Source of the DNA: Candidatus Woesearchaeota archaeon
GTDB lineage: Archaea; Nanobdellota; Nanobdellia; Woesearchaeales; ARS49
Direction: 5' to 3'
Assembly: GCA_019323015.1 (NCBI GenBank)
Contig: JAHWHY010000002.1
Span: 15,100-79,099, forward strand
DNA: 64,000 nt
The notes beneath the pieces are model-generated. The model was not told the DNA's origin, made no database searches, and saw only the letters and a list, made by a program, of their open reading frames with translations. Every line of letters starts with the position of its first letter. The stretch's first letter is position 1. Both the position numbers and the translations under genes were made by a program. Shown piece by piece: positions 55,552-63,324 of this stretch.

Positions 55552-55599
55552 ATGCTGAAAACACAAAGCTTTTATACTTCGTGAATATTATTTCTTATT

Positions 55600-55652
55600 A
55601 CTTGGGAGTGCAACTTGATTTCAGTCGTGCGTTGGCCAAATTCAGCCACTTC
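55600..55652 (-). pseudogene. Decayed partial copy of the adjacent tRNA (5' half to variable arm)
   Basis: GAAGTGGCTGAATTTGGCCAACGCACGACTGAAATCAAGTTGCACTCCCAAGT aligns with GGAGTGGCGGAATTTGGTAAACGCGCTCGACTGAAGATTGAGCAGCACCCCCAAGT. Confidence 0.6.
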
Positions 55653-55790
55653 TTTTTTATTCTTAACAGAAATTATTCTTTATATGTGTTTACGAGAAAA
55701 ATCCGGAAGAATTTCGAGGCAAAATAACGGTTTTGGTGTATATGTTGCGTATCAATAATATTTTTATACTTACGAGTTTTCTCTTAAATT

Positions 55791-56294
55791 ATGTTCCAAT
55801 TAAAAAACTCTGGCAGATTATATGTTCCTTTGGATGACATTGAGCTGGCAAAGTATTTGTTTTTTGAGAGAATAATTGCCTCTGCAAGAGACCGGCCTGA
55901 TTTTGAGGTTGTTGATTTTGAGGAGAGCGGGCATGTGGGACCGAATAAGGCGCATTTCTTTTTGTTTAGGAAGGATTCCCTGCCTGAGACATATTTCAGG
56001 AGAAGGATTTTGTTCCGTGACGAGCCTGTTTATCATGCTGGAAAAAGAGTGGAGCATTCTTTTGAAGTGGATATTGCAGCGTATGTCGGAAATTGGCGCA
56101 TGGTCAGCAGTCTTGATTTTGAGAGGGACTTATTCGGGCCAAAGCACTGGGGCTGGATTGAGGATCCTTTGGATCTGGATGACAATCCTTGTGATTCTTC
56201 AGTCATTCATGCATATTGTTCTCAGAAATTAGACAATGCCCGGATGGCTAGGCTTGAGGAAAAAGTTGATAAGCTTAGGCATCTGCTTAACTGA
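55791..56294 (+). CDS. Hypothetical protein
   Basis: 167 aa ORF with TTTTATA upstream; no family recognised. Confidence 0.55.
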   Translation: MFQLKNSGRLYVPLDDIELAKYLFFERIIASARDRPDFEVVDFEESGHVGPNKAHFFLFRKDSLPETYFRRRILFRDEPVYHAGKRVEHSFEVDIAAYVGNWRMVSSLDFERDLFGPKHWGWIEDPLDLDDNPCDSSVIHAYCSQKLDNARMARLEEKVDKLRHLLN

Positions 56295-56297
56295 AAT

Positions 56298-56696
56298 CTA
56301 TTCCTCTCCAGGTTTTGCCATGTGCGTTCTCATGCTGTCCATCATGCCGTAGACTTTTACTCCTGCAAGGACTTTTTTGTCTGGCTGTAATAGTCTTGGT
56401 TTGTCGTCAAGCATTGTGACCAATAGTAATGCCGTGCTTTCTACGCCGTCTACTTCTTCAGAGCAAATGTTTAGTATCACAATGCACTGCTGTCCTATTA
56501 ACTCTTCTATCTTGTAGCTTTCTTTAAGGTCTGCAACTACTTGTGTGTCTCTCTCTGCAGGCCCTAGGTCAAGAAGTAATATGAATTCATCTTTAGTAGG
56601 GTGTTGTTCTGCGCCTTTTATTGTTGCAGCTCTGATTTCAAAATCATCAAAATCTTTTAATCTTTCTTTTACAGGGTCACATTTCATGATTATCAC
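56298..56696 (-). CDS. Trbp111/CsaA/MetRS-C-type OB-fold (tRNA-binding domain) protein
   Basis: FDDFEIRAATI...HP...LLDLG...QVVADLK.SY..EELIG...ILN...GVES..LLL. Confidence 0.8.
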   Translation of the reverse strand: MIIMKCDPVKERLKDFDDFEIRAATIKGAEQHPTKDEFILLLDLGPAERDTQVVADLKESYKIEELIGQQCIVILNICSEEVDGVESTALLLVTMLDDKPRLLQPDKKVLAGVKVYGMMDSMRTHMAKPGEE

Positions 56697-56720
56697 CTTT
56701 TCTTTTCTAATTTTCTTTAT

Positions 56721-57542
56721 CTATTTAAGTTTTTTCCTGACTACATAAAATATTTCATTTCCTTCTTTAATAAGCTTAAACTCATAACCAAGCCTTGTGA
56801 GCATCTGCTCAAGCCATCTCCTGAATGGGTACTTCATTGGCTTTCCTGTGACTTTTTTTGTTGCAAAACTTATCACGAGCCAGTCTGCATTGATTGCTTT
56901 TATCAAGGCTTCGCTTGTTTTTCTTCCTTTTTTTCTTTCAATCTCGTCCAGCACTTTAAAGAGAAAACAAATATCTGCTTTTGGAAGTTGCTTAAGCATC
57001 TCTGGATTATTGGCAGCTTCAATAAGATTCAAGGGTGTTGCTTTTCCTTTTATTCCCAGTTTCTTGAAGCATTTGTCGAGGAAATCGCAGTCAGCCTCTG
57101 TAAGGTCTGATGCATAGTATTCTGCGTCTGTTTTCATGAAAGGATAGCTTACTGGATTCATGCCGCATCCTAAATCTAAAATCACTTTCGGCTCTCCTGT
57201 TATTGCAAATATTTTTGCATAAATTACAGGATAAATTGGTAATCTTTCTTTGGTTGACAGGTGCGTCTCTAATATTTTTTCATAATCTCCGGATTCAAGA
57301 TATTTTTCTCTTTCTTGTGATGCTTTTGTGAGGAACACGCCGTACACTCTTCTTAATACAGCTCGAACGTGTTTTACCGCCTGCTTATACTCCTCAGACC
57401 TTGCCCTTCCTTCCTGCACAGCCTGCATTGCTTTAGGATTCTGCTTGAAATACTTGATGACTTCTGCCCTGACAAATCGGTCTTCTATTGCATTAAACTC
57501 TTTTTTTTCTTTTATTTTTGCAATCAGTTCTTTTACACTCAT
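56721..57542 (-). CDS. 16S rRNA methyltransferase of the FmrO/ArmA/Rmt/Sgm (m7G1405) family
   Basis: LETHLSTKERLP (HxSTxER), ILDLGCGMNPVS, YYASDL, FLFKVLDEIE, LVISFATK. Confidence 0.8.
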   Translation of the reverse strand: MSVKELIAKIKEKKEFNAIEDRFVRAEVIKYFKQNPKAMQAVQEGRARSEEYKQAVKHVRAVLRRVYGVFLTKASQEREKYLESGDYEKILETHLSTKERLPIYPVIYAKIFAITGEPKVILDLGCGMNPVSYPFMKTDAEYYASDLTEADCDFLDKCFKKLGIKGKATPLNLIEAANNPEMLKQLPKADICFLFKVLDEIERKKGRKTSEALIKAINADWLVISFATKKVTGKPMKYPFRRWLEQMLTRLGYEFKLIKEGNEIFYVVRKKLK

Positions 57543-58819
57543 ATGGGTGTTCCTCTTAAATCAAATTTTGTTGTGTTTGTTATCCTGACTTTGATTGTCT
57601 GTCCTAGAATAAAATCACCAGATACTATGACTGGTTTGTAAGCATGGTTTCTTCCGACAAATGTGCCGTCTTTGCCGTGCTCGTCGATGATTATCTCTCC
57701 TTCCCAGTTTTTCCATTTTCTGTTCTGGCTGAATGCTGTCCACTCAAATTGTGAGCTCATCTTTCTTGATCTGTCTTTTGTCTCTCCTCCAGGTATTTGA
57801 TTCTCTCTTTTTTCTGCTCTTGTTCCTGGTCTTGCGACAAATCTTGATATGTTCAGCACATCTGGTTTTATCTGGTCTATTAGAAGTAAGCTGTCCCTGA
57901 ATTGTTCCTCGCTTTCTCCTGGAAATCCGACTATCATGTCTGTTGATATGCTTATCTCCGGGATTTCTTCCCTGAATCTTTCAACAACGTGCTTGAAGTC
58001 TGCTATTTCATATGGCCTGTTCATTGATTTCAGGACCTTATCATTCCCGCTCTGCACAGGAATATGTAAAAATTTAAACATTTTTTCATGCTTGAAGACC
58101 TTGATTAGTTCTTCAAGGTTTTGCAATACACTTTTGGGATTTGCCATTCCTAGTCTTATCTTGAACTCCCCTGGAATCTCAATTATTTTTTTCAGCAGCT
58201 CTGCAATGTTTGTGCCGATATCTACGCCATAGCATCCTGTGTCTTGTGCAGTTATCCAGATTTCCTTGCACCTGTCTTTGATGCACTGCCTTACTTCTTC
58301 TATTATTGCTTCAACAGAATAAGATATCAGGTCTCCTTTTATGAGTTTTACAGAGCAGTATGCGCATCGCCCTATGCATCCTGTTGCAATCGGCACTATT
58401 CCTACTACAGGGTTTTTTCTGACGCGGGGAAGGTTTATTTTGGGTTTCTTGTTGCTTGCAAGCACAGATATTGAGTTGTCGTGTATTGTTTCCTCTACAA
58501 CAGAGACTATCTTGTTGATGTTGTGCGTGTTGATTAAAGACGCCTCTGGAACTAGCTCTCTTAATGGCTCGACAAGGTGTTTTGGTATGCATCCAGAAAC
58601 TATTATTTTTTTGTAGGGGTGTTCTTCTTTTACTTTTCTTATTTCTCTTAGTGCAGAATCATCTCCTTTTACAGTGCAGATGTTAAGTATTACGATAAAT
58701 GCATCTTCCACAGAATCAACTATCTTGAAGTCTGCTTCTGCGAGAAGCCCTTTCATCATCTCTGCTTCTGCAAAGTTTGCACTGCAGCCATATGTTTTTA
58801 TGCATATGTTCGTGGTCAT
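57539..58819 (-). CDS. mtaB: MiaB-like radical-SAM tRNA methylthiotransferase (archaeal/eukaryotic MtaB type)
   Basis: KTYGCSAN...LNICTVK...SGC; CIGRCAYC; AQDTGCYG; LHIPVQSGND; DMIVGFPGE; C-terminal TRAM domain. Confidence 0.92.
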   Translation of the reverse strand: MTTNICIKTYGCSANFAEAEMMKGLLAEADFKIVDSVEDAFIVILNICTVKGDDSALREIRKVKEEHPYKKIIVSGCIPKHLVEPLRELVPEASLINTHNINKIVSVVEETIHDNSISVLASNKKPKINLPRVRKNPVVGIVPIATGCIGRCAYCSVKLIKGDLISYSVEAIIEEVRQCIKDRCKEIWITAQDTGCYGVDIGTNIAELLKKIIEIPGEFKIRLGMANPKSVLQNLEELIKVFKHEKMFKFLHIPVQSGNDKVLKSMNRPYEIADFKHVVERFREEIPEISISTDMIVGFPGESEEQFRDSLLLIDQIKPDVLNISRFVARPGTRAEKRENQIPGGETKDRSRKMSSQFEWTAFSQNRKWKNWEGEIIIDEHGKDGTFVGRNHAYKPVIVSGDFILGQTIKVRITNTTKFDLRGTPI

Positions 58820-58864
58820 GTAAAAAAGAATAGGCAGGGAGTATTTAAAGTTTAAGAAAGAAGT

Positions 58865-59023
58865 TTAGTTAAGTTTAGGTGAGCCATTCCTTTTTGCAAG
58901 CTTTCTTGCCTTGGCCTGCTCTAGGCTAATTGCATGCCTGCACTCAACACACCACTTGCGCATAGGAGAATAACTCTTTATCTCTGCTCCGCATCTTTGG
59001 CATTTAACTAATTCATCCCCCAT
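58865..59023 (-). CDS. Small zinc-finger protein (52 aa)
   Basis: Manual translation MGDELVKCQRCGAEIKSYSPMRKWCVECRHAISLEQAKARKLAKRNGSPKLN; two CxxC pairs. Confidence 0.6.
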   Translation of the reverse strand: MGDELVKCQRCGAEIKSYSPMRKWCVECRHAISLEQAKARKLAKRNGSPKLN

Positions 59024-59199
59024 ACTCTTGCATAGTACTGCATTATTTATAAAGCTATGCTTTTAGTGTTACTTTCAAGTAATTACCTATGCAAAACTTT
59101 CTATTTGGAAAGCAATATTAGAGAAAAACTTTTATATTTTAAGATTATTCCACTTTTTGATAGGGTTTTTCCACATTAAAACATAAGAGAATTTACCAT

Positions 59200-59739
59200 A
59201 TGGAAAACAACAATTTGAGCAGTAATGAGAAAAAAGTTCTAGATAAAATAGGTGGTTGTATCAAGGTAGATGTTCCTTCATTAGCTGAGAAAACAGGCCT
59301 TAGCAAGCCTACTGTAAGAAATATAGTGAACAAACTTACTGCTTCTAAATGCATCACACCAAAGGTATTAATGGGCCCTGCAGCACTAGGTCTGAAGCTT
59401 ATGACAATATATGAGATTAGTTATCCTGCTTCTGTTGCTGCAAAAAGAGATATTGTAGAGCAGCACATTACTACAATGTTGCCTATAACACCTAATATTG
59501 CTTCTATCATAAAGATTAATCCAACACAGGCATTGGTGATATCATTTTATACCGGTCTGGAGCAGAAAGATTATGCTTTTAGCAAGACAATGGAGTGTTT
59601 TTTCAATAAAGTTGGAAAAGATTTTCCTATCAGCACTAAAGAATTATGGACGCGTCCTGCAAAGGACTTTTATTATGATCCAGACATATCCAAGTTTTTG
59701 AAAGGCATTGATGATTTTAATAAAAATTCAAAAAAGTAA
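59200..59739 (+). CDS. Lrp/AsnC-like HTH transcriptional regulator
   Basis: LSSNEKKVLDKI...VPSLAEKTGLSKPTVRNIVNKL...PAALGLK, followed by a putative effector domain. Confidence 0.7.
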   Translation: MENNNLSSNEKKVLDKIGGCIKVDVPSLAEKTGLSKPTVRNIVNKLTASKCITPKVLMGPAALGLKLMTIYEISYPASVAAKRDIVEQHITTMLPITPNIASIIKINPTQALVISFYTGLEQKDYAFSKTMECFFNKVGKDFPISTKELWTRPAKDFYYDPDISKFLKGIDDFNKNSKK

Positions 59740-59753
59740 GGAGGAAAGAATAT

Positions 59754-60053
59754 ATGGAAGAAATCCAGCAGCTCGGAGGCAATATTGAGCTTGCAGGTTT
59801 CAGGGAGCTTGATGGCGGCTCTATGATTATCCTGAAAAAGGTAATCGGCAGTTATGCAAGAAAGTTCTCTGACAGGCTTAATGGTATAGACAAGCTGTCC
59901 ATTCGGATGAAAAAGGTCGGCAACAGCCAGTTTGAGCTTAGCGGCATGCTGGCTAAAGAAGGACAGCAGTTTAATTCAGAAGTCATTGAATATAATTTGT
60001 TTGTAGGCATGGACAAGCTTCTGAAAAAGATGGAAAGCTCAGCTTTAAAGTAA
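59754..60053 (+). CDS. Small protein, possible HPF/RaiA-like fold
   Basis: Predicted beta-alpha-beta-beta-beta-alpha pattern ending NLFVGMDKLLKKME; GGAGG RBS. Confidence 0.55.
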   Translation: MEEIQQLGGNIELAGFRELDGGSMIILKKVIGSYARKFSDRLNGIDKLSIRMKKVGNSQFELSGMLAKEGQQFNSEVIEYNLFVGMDKLLKKMESSALK

Positions 60054-60093
60054 AAACCGAAACTTTAAATTATGTCTGTTATTTCTGGTAATT

Positions 60094-60471
60094 ATGGATG
60101 CAGGTACTTTTGTTGGCGATGTTTATTATGAATTAGGTATGGAAATTGTGCCTGAATATGAGACCGCAGGTCGTATTGTACTTAAGATGGCTTGGGGGTA
60201 TTACAGGAGCGCAGAGAATATGGAAGGCATGAGACAGTGCGAGGAGTTTCTTAAAGGTGATTTAAGTCCAGAAGCAAAAGCAATTTCTGTTGAGCAGGGG
60301 TTTGATAAGCTGCGCGCATTTAGCGAAGTGATGCAAGACGATCTTGGTCAAAAGCTACTTAATCATGCAGATGGAATTAGGTTATTAAAGATGAAGATCA
60401 AGCCCAAGGTAAAAGAGAGCATAACTAATTTGATTAGGTTTCTTGACTCTGAAGAGTTTCGTGGCTTCTAA
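60094..60471 (+). CDS. Hypothetical protein
   Basis: 125 aa ORF; helical. Confidence 0.5.
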   Translation: MDAGTFVGDVYYELGMEIVPEYETAGRIVLKMAWGYYRSAENMEGMRQCEEFLKGDLSPEAKAISVEQGFDKLRAFSEVMQDDLGQKLLNHADGIRLLKMKIKPKVKESITNLIRFLDSEEFRGF

Positions 60472-60613
60472 TAACAAATCTCATTAATAATAGAACATTT
60501 GTGAGATTTGCTAAATAGCACATCTCGTATAGAGAAAACGCCAAAAGCAAAAGTTAACGAGATATGCTATAAAACTGAAAACATTTATAAATAGTTATTT
60601 TATTCTCCTGTTT

Positions 60614-62326
60614 ATGTTCCAGAACCATATAAAAGAACTATTGAAAAAAACATTAAAGGCAAAAGAGATAGCTCTAGAGATTCCTCCAGACTCTAAGCTT
60701 GGTGATTTTGCTTTTGCTTGTTTTGCTTTTTCTAAAGAGCAGAAAAAGAGCCCTGTTGACATTGCTAAAGAGCTTGCTGAGAAGATAAAGCCAGATGATT
60801 TCATAAAAGAAGTAAAGGCCACTGGCCCTTATGTTAATTTCTTCATTAACAAGGCAAAGCTTGCAGAGAATACTTTGCAGGATATTTCAAAAAAGAAGGA
60901 TAAGTATGGCCATTCTGGTATTGGCAGCAAAGAAGTTGTTGTAGTGGAATACCCTGCCCCTAACACAAACAAGCCTTTGCATCTTGGGCATATGAGGAAC
61001 ATGGCTCTTGGTGTGAGCATGGCAAATATTCTTGAGAGCCAGGGATGCAAGGTCCAGAGAGTTAACTTGAATAATGACAGGGGAATTCATGTTTGTAAGA
61101 GCATGCTTGCTTACCAAAAGTGGGGTAATGGAAAAACTCCTGAAAAAGAAAAGAGAAAGCCAGATCATTTTGTTGGGGATTACTACGTTATGTTCTGTCA
61201 GAAAGCCAAGGAAGATCCTAAGTTAGAGGATGAAGCGCAGGAAATGCTGAGAAAATGGGAGGCTGGTGACAAGGAAGTAAGAGCTTTATGGAAAAAGATG
61301 AACACCTGGGCTTTCAAGGGTTTTAAAGAGACTTACAAGCATTTTGGGCTTCCTAAGTTTGACAAGGAATACTTTGAGAGCGAAACATACAAGCAGGGCA
61401 AGGAGATTGTCATGCAGGGTGTTGAAGACGGGATTTTCAAGGAAAGAGAAGATGGCGCAATTGTTGTTGACCTGAAAAAGCAAGGTCTTGGTGAGAAAGT
61501 CTTGATTAGGGCAGATGGCACAAGTGTTTATGTTACTCAGGATTTGTATCTTGCTCAGTTAAAGCACAAGGATTTTAATTTTGATAAGTCTATTTATGTT
61601 GTTGCTACAGAGCAGAATTATCATTTTAATGTATTGTTTACTTTATTGAAGAAATTAAAGTATTCTTGGGCAGATGGTTGTTATCATTTTGCTTATGGAA
61701 TGGTTCTCTTGCCAGAGGGTAAGATGAAGTCAAGGGAAGGCACTGTTGTTGATGCAGATGACTTGATGCTTGAGATGGAAGATCTTGCAAGAGAAGAGAT
61801 AACAAAAAGGCACAAGGACTTAGAGGAAGAGACTGTTCATGAAAGAGGAACAATAGTTGGCTTGGGCGCGATTAAGTTTTATTTGCTGAAGATTGATGCA
61901 ATAAAAGACATGACTTTTCTTCCAGAAGAAAGTATTTCTTTTGAGGGGGATACAGGCCCTTATTTGCAGTACACTCATGCAAGAGCTTGCTCTGTCTTGA
62001 GAAAAGCTAAAGAAAAGAAAATGATGCCTGATGTTAATATTAAATATAGTCTGCTTTGTGCTCCTTCAGAGATTGCATTGATGCAATTGCTTTCAGAGTT
62101 TCCTGATAAAGTTGCAGATGCTTGTGTATCACTAAGGCCGCACATTATTGCGCAATACTTGCTGGCTTTAGGCCGTGCTTTTAATGAGTTTTATCATGCA
62201 TGCCATTGCTTGAAAGAAGAAGATGAAGAATTGGCTAAAGCAAGACTGTTATTGATTGATTCTTCAAGACAGGTCATAAAGAATGGCTTGAATTTGTTGG
62301 GTATTCACGCTCCTGAAGAGATGTGA
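60614..62326 (+). CDS. argS: Arginyl-tRNA synthetase
   Basis: PNTNKPLHLGHMRN (HIGH), NDRG, RADGTSVY, GKMKSREG (KMSK), FEGDTGPYLQYTHAR, APEEM C-terminus. Confidence 0.97.
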   Translation: MFQNHIKELLKKTLKAKEIALEIPPDSKLGDFAFACFAFSKEQKKSPVDIAKELAEKIKPDDFIKEVKATGPYVNFFINKAKLAENTLQDISKKKDKYGHSGIGSKEVVVVEYPAPNTNKPLHLGHMRNMALGVSMANILESQGCKVQRVNLNNDRGIHVCKSMLAYQKWGNGKTPEKEKRKPDHFVGDYYVMFCQKAKEDPKLEDEAQEMLRKWEAGDKEVRALWKKMNTWAFKGFKETYKHFGLPKFDKEYFESETYKQGKEIVMQGVEDGIFKEREDGAIVVDLKKQGLGEKVLIRADGTSVYVTQDLYLAQLKHKDFNFDKSIYVVATEQNYHFNVLFTLLKKLKYSWADGCYHFAYGMVLLPEGKMKSREGTVVDADDLMLEMEDLAREEITKRHKDLEEETVHERGTIVGLGAIKFYLLKIDAIKDMTFLPEESISFEGDTGPYLQYTHARACSVLRKAKEKKMMPDVNIKYSLLCAPSEIALMQLLSEFPDKVADACVSLRPHIIAQYLLALGRAFNEFYHACHCLKEEDEELAKARLLLIDSSRQVIKNGLNLLGIHAPEEM

Positions 62327-63010
62327 TTATGCTGAATACGGTTTTGCTTCAAATGGCTCTTTTATTAGGCGGCCTGCATATGTTAAGAATAGTTTTCTTA
62401 GCTTTTTTTTGTCTAAAGGTTTTGAAGTAACTGGAAATAGCGGAAAATCATCAGGTATGCGTTTTATTTTTTGGAAAGCCAAAGCAAGCATGTAGTTATC
62501 AAAGCCGCCGTGTTTCTCTTTTGTCCAGGGTATAAGCTTATCAAGCGAATATAGTTCTCTGTGAATGAGGTAAACGTCTACAAAGTCTCTTATCTCTGAA
62601 CGATCATAAAGTGCAGATAATTTGTTACAGGCTATATCAACTGAATTCTCGACCCTGATTCCTAAATCTGTTTCAGATGTTGGCAGAAAGCGGAATGGCG
62701 CATCAACGCAGAACTCTACTTTTATCAGCTCTCCGTCTAGGCTGCCGGTCAGCCTTGCAAATGTTGCGCTGATATTATCTGCTGTTAATGGCACGCCTTT
62801 ATCTTGAGCATATTGCATGAATTCTCTGACTGACGCTTTGAAGCCGTCTTTTTCATCTGTGAAGAAGTCTAAATCTCTGGATGTCCTGTGATTAAGATAG
62901 AATTCTGACAATGCTGTTCCGCCTGAAAGCCAAAAGTTATCTCTAATTAAAGGCGTTTCAGATGCTATTGCAATGAGTTTCTTCTGGGGTTTTGTTATCA
63001 CTGTGTTCAC
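62327..63010 (-). CDS. AbiEii-family nucleotidyltransferase (type IV TA toxin)
   Basis: FWLSGGTALSEFYLNHRTSRDLDFF, IACNKLSALYDR, RDFVDVY. Confidence 0.88.
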   Translation of the reverse strand: MNTVITKPQKKLIAIASETPLIRDNFWLSGGTALSEFYLNHRTSRDLDFFTDEKDGFKASVREFMQYAQDKGVPLTADNISATFARLTGSLDGELIKVEFCVDAPFRFLPTSETDLGIRVENSVDIACNKLSALYDRSEIRDFVDVYLIHRELYSLDKLIPWTKEKHGGFDNYMLALAFQKIKRIPDDFPLFPVTSKPLDKKKLRKLFLTYAGRLIKEPFEAKPYSA

Positions 63011-63224
63011 CTTTGTTAAAGTACCATTCCCAAAAATCCCTTCTGTCCTGGGGGATTGTGACTATTGGTAAGTATTTTTCTATGCTGTCCAGTCCTATGT
63101 CTTGTATGTCCTGCCATGTACCCTTGGTTAAGACTCTGGCTATATAACATATTCTGACATCTTCTCTCTCAAGATCTGCTTCTGTAATATTGCAGTCTTG
63201 CGTGAGATAAGGGTTTATTTTCAT
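62958..63224 (-). CDS. Putative cognate antitoxin/partner of AbiEii
   Basis: Small gene upstream of and overlapping AbiEii; YIARVLTKGTWQDI...RRDFWEWY. Confidence 0.6.
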   Translation of the reverse strand: MKINPYLTQDCNITEADLEREDVRICYIARVLTKGTWQDIQDIGLDSIEKYLPIVTIPQDRRDFWEWYFNKGEHSDNKTPEETHCNSI

Positions 63225-63324
63225 AGTATTATTGTTGTTTTCTGCATTTATAAAGCTTTCGGCATATTAAATAGCCTGTTTTAAGCAAGAAAGCTTTTAA
63301 ATAAGCAAGGTATTAATGCTAAAT

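Noticed and set aside
55380-56300. Integrated provirus or island at the tRNA
   Set aside because: No integrase or viral hallmark genes, and the duplicated fragment is the decayed 5' part rather than an exact 3'-end att repeat.
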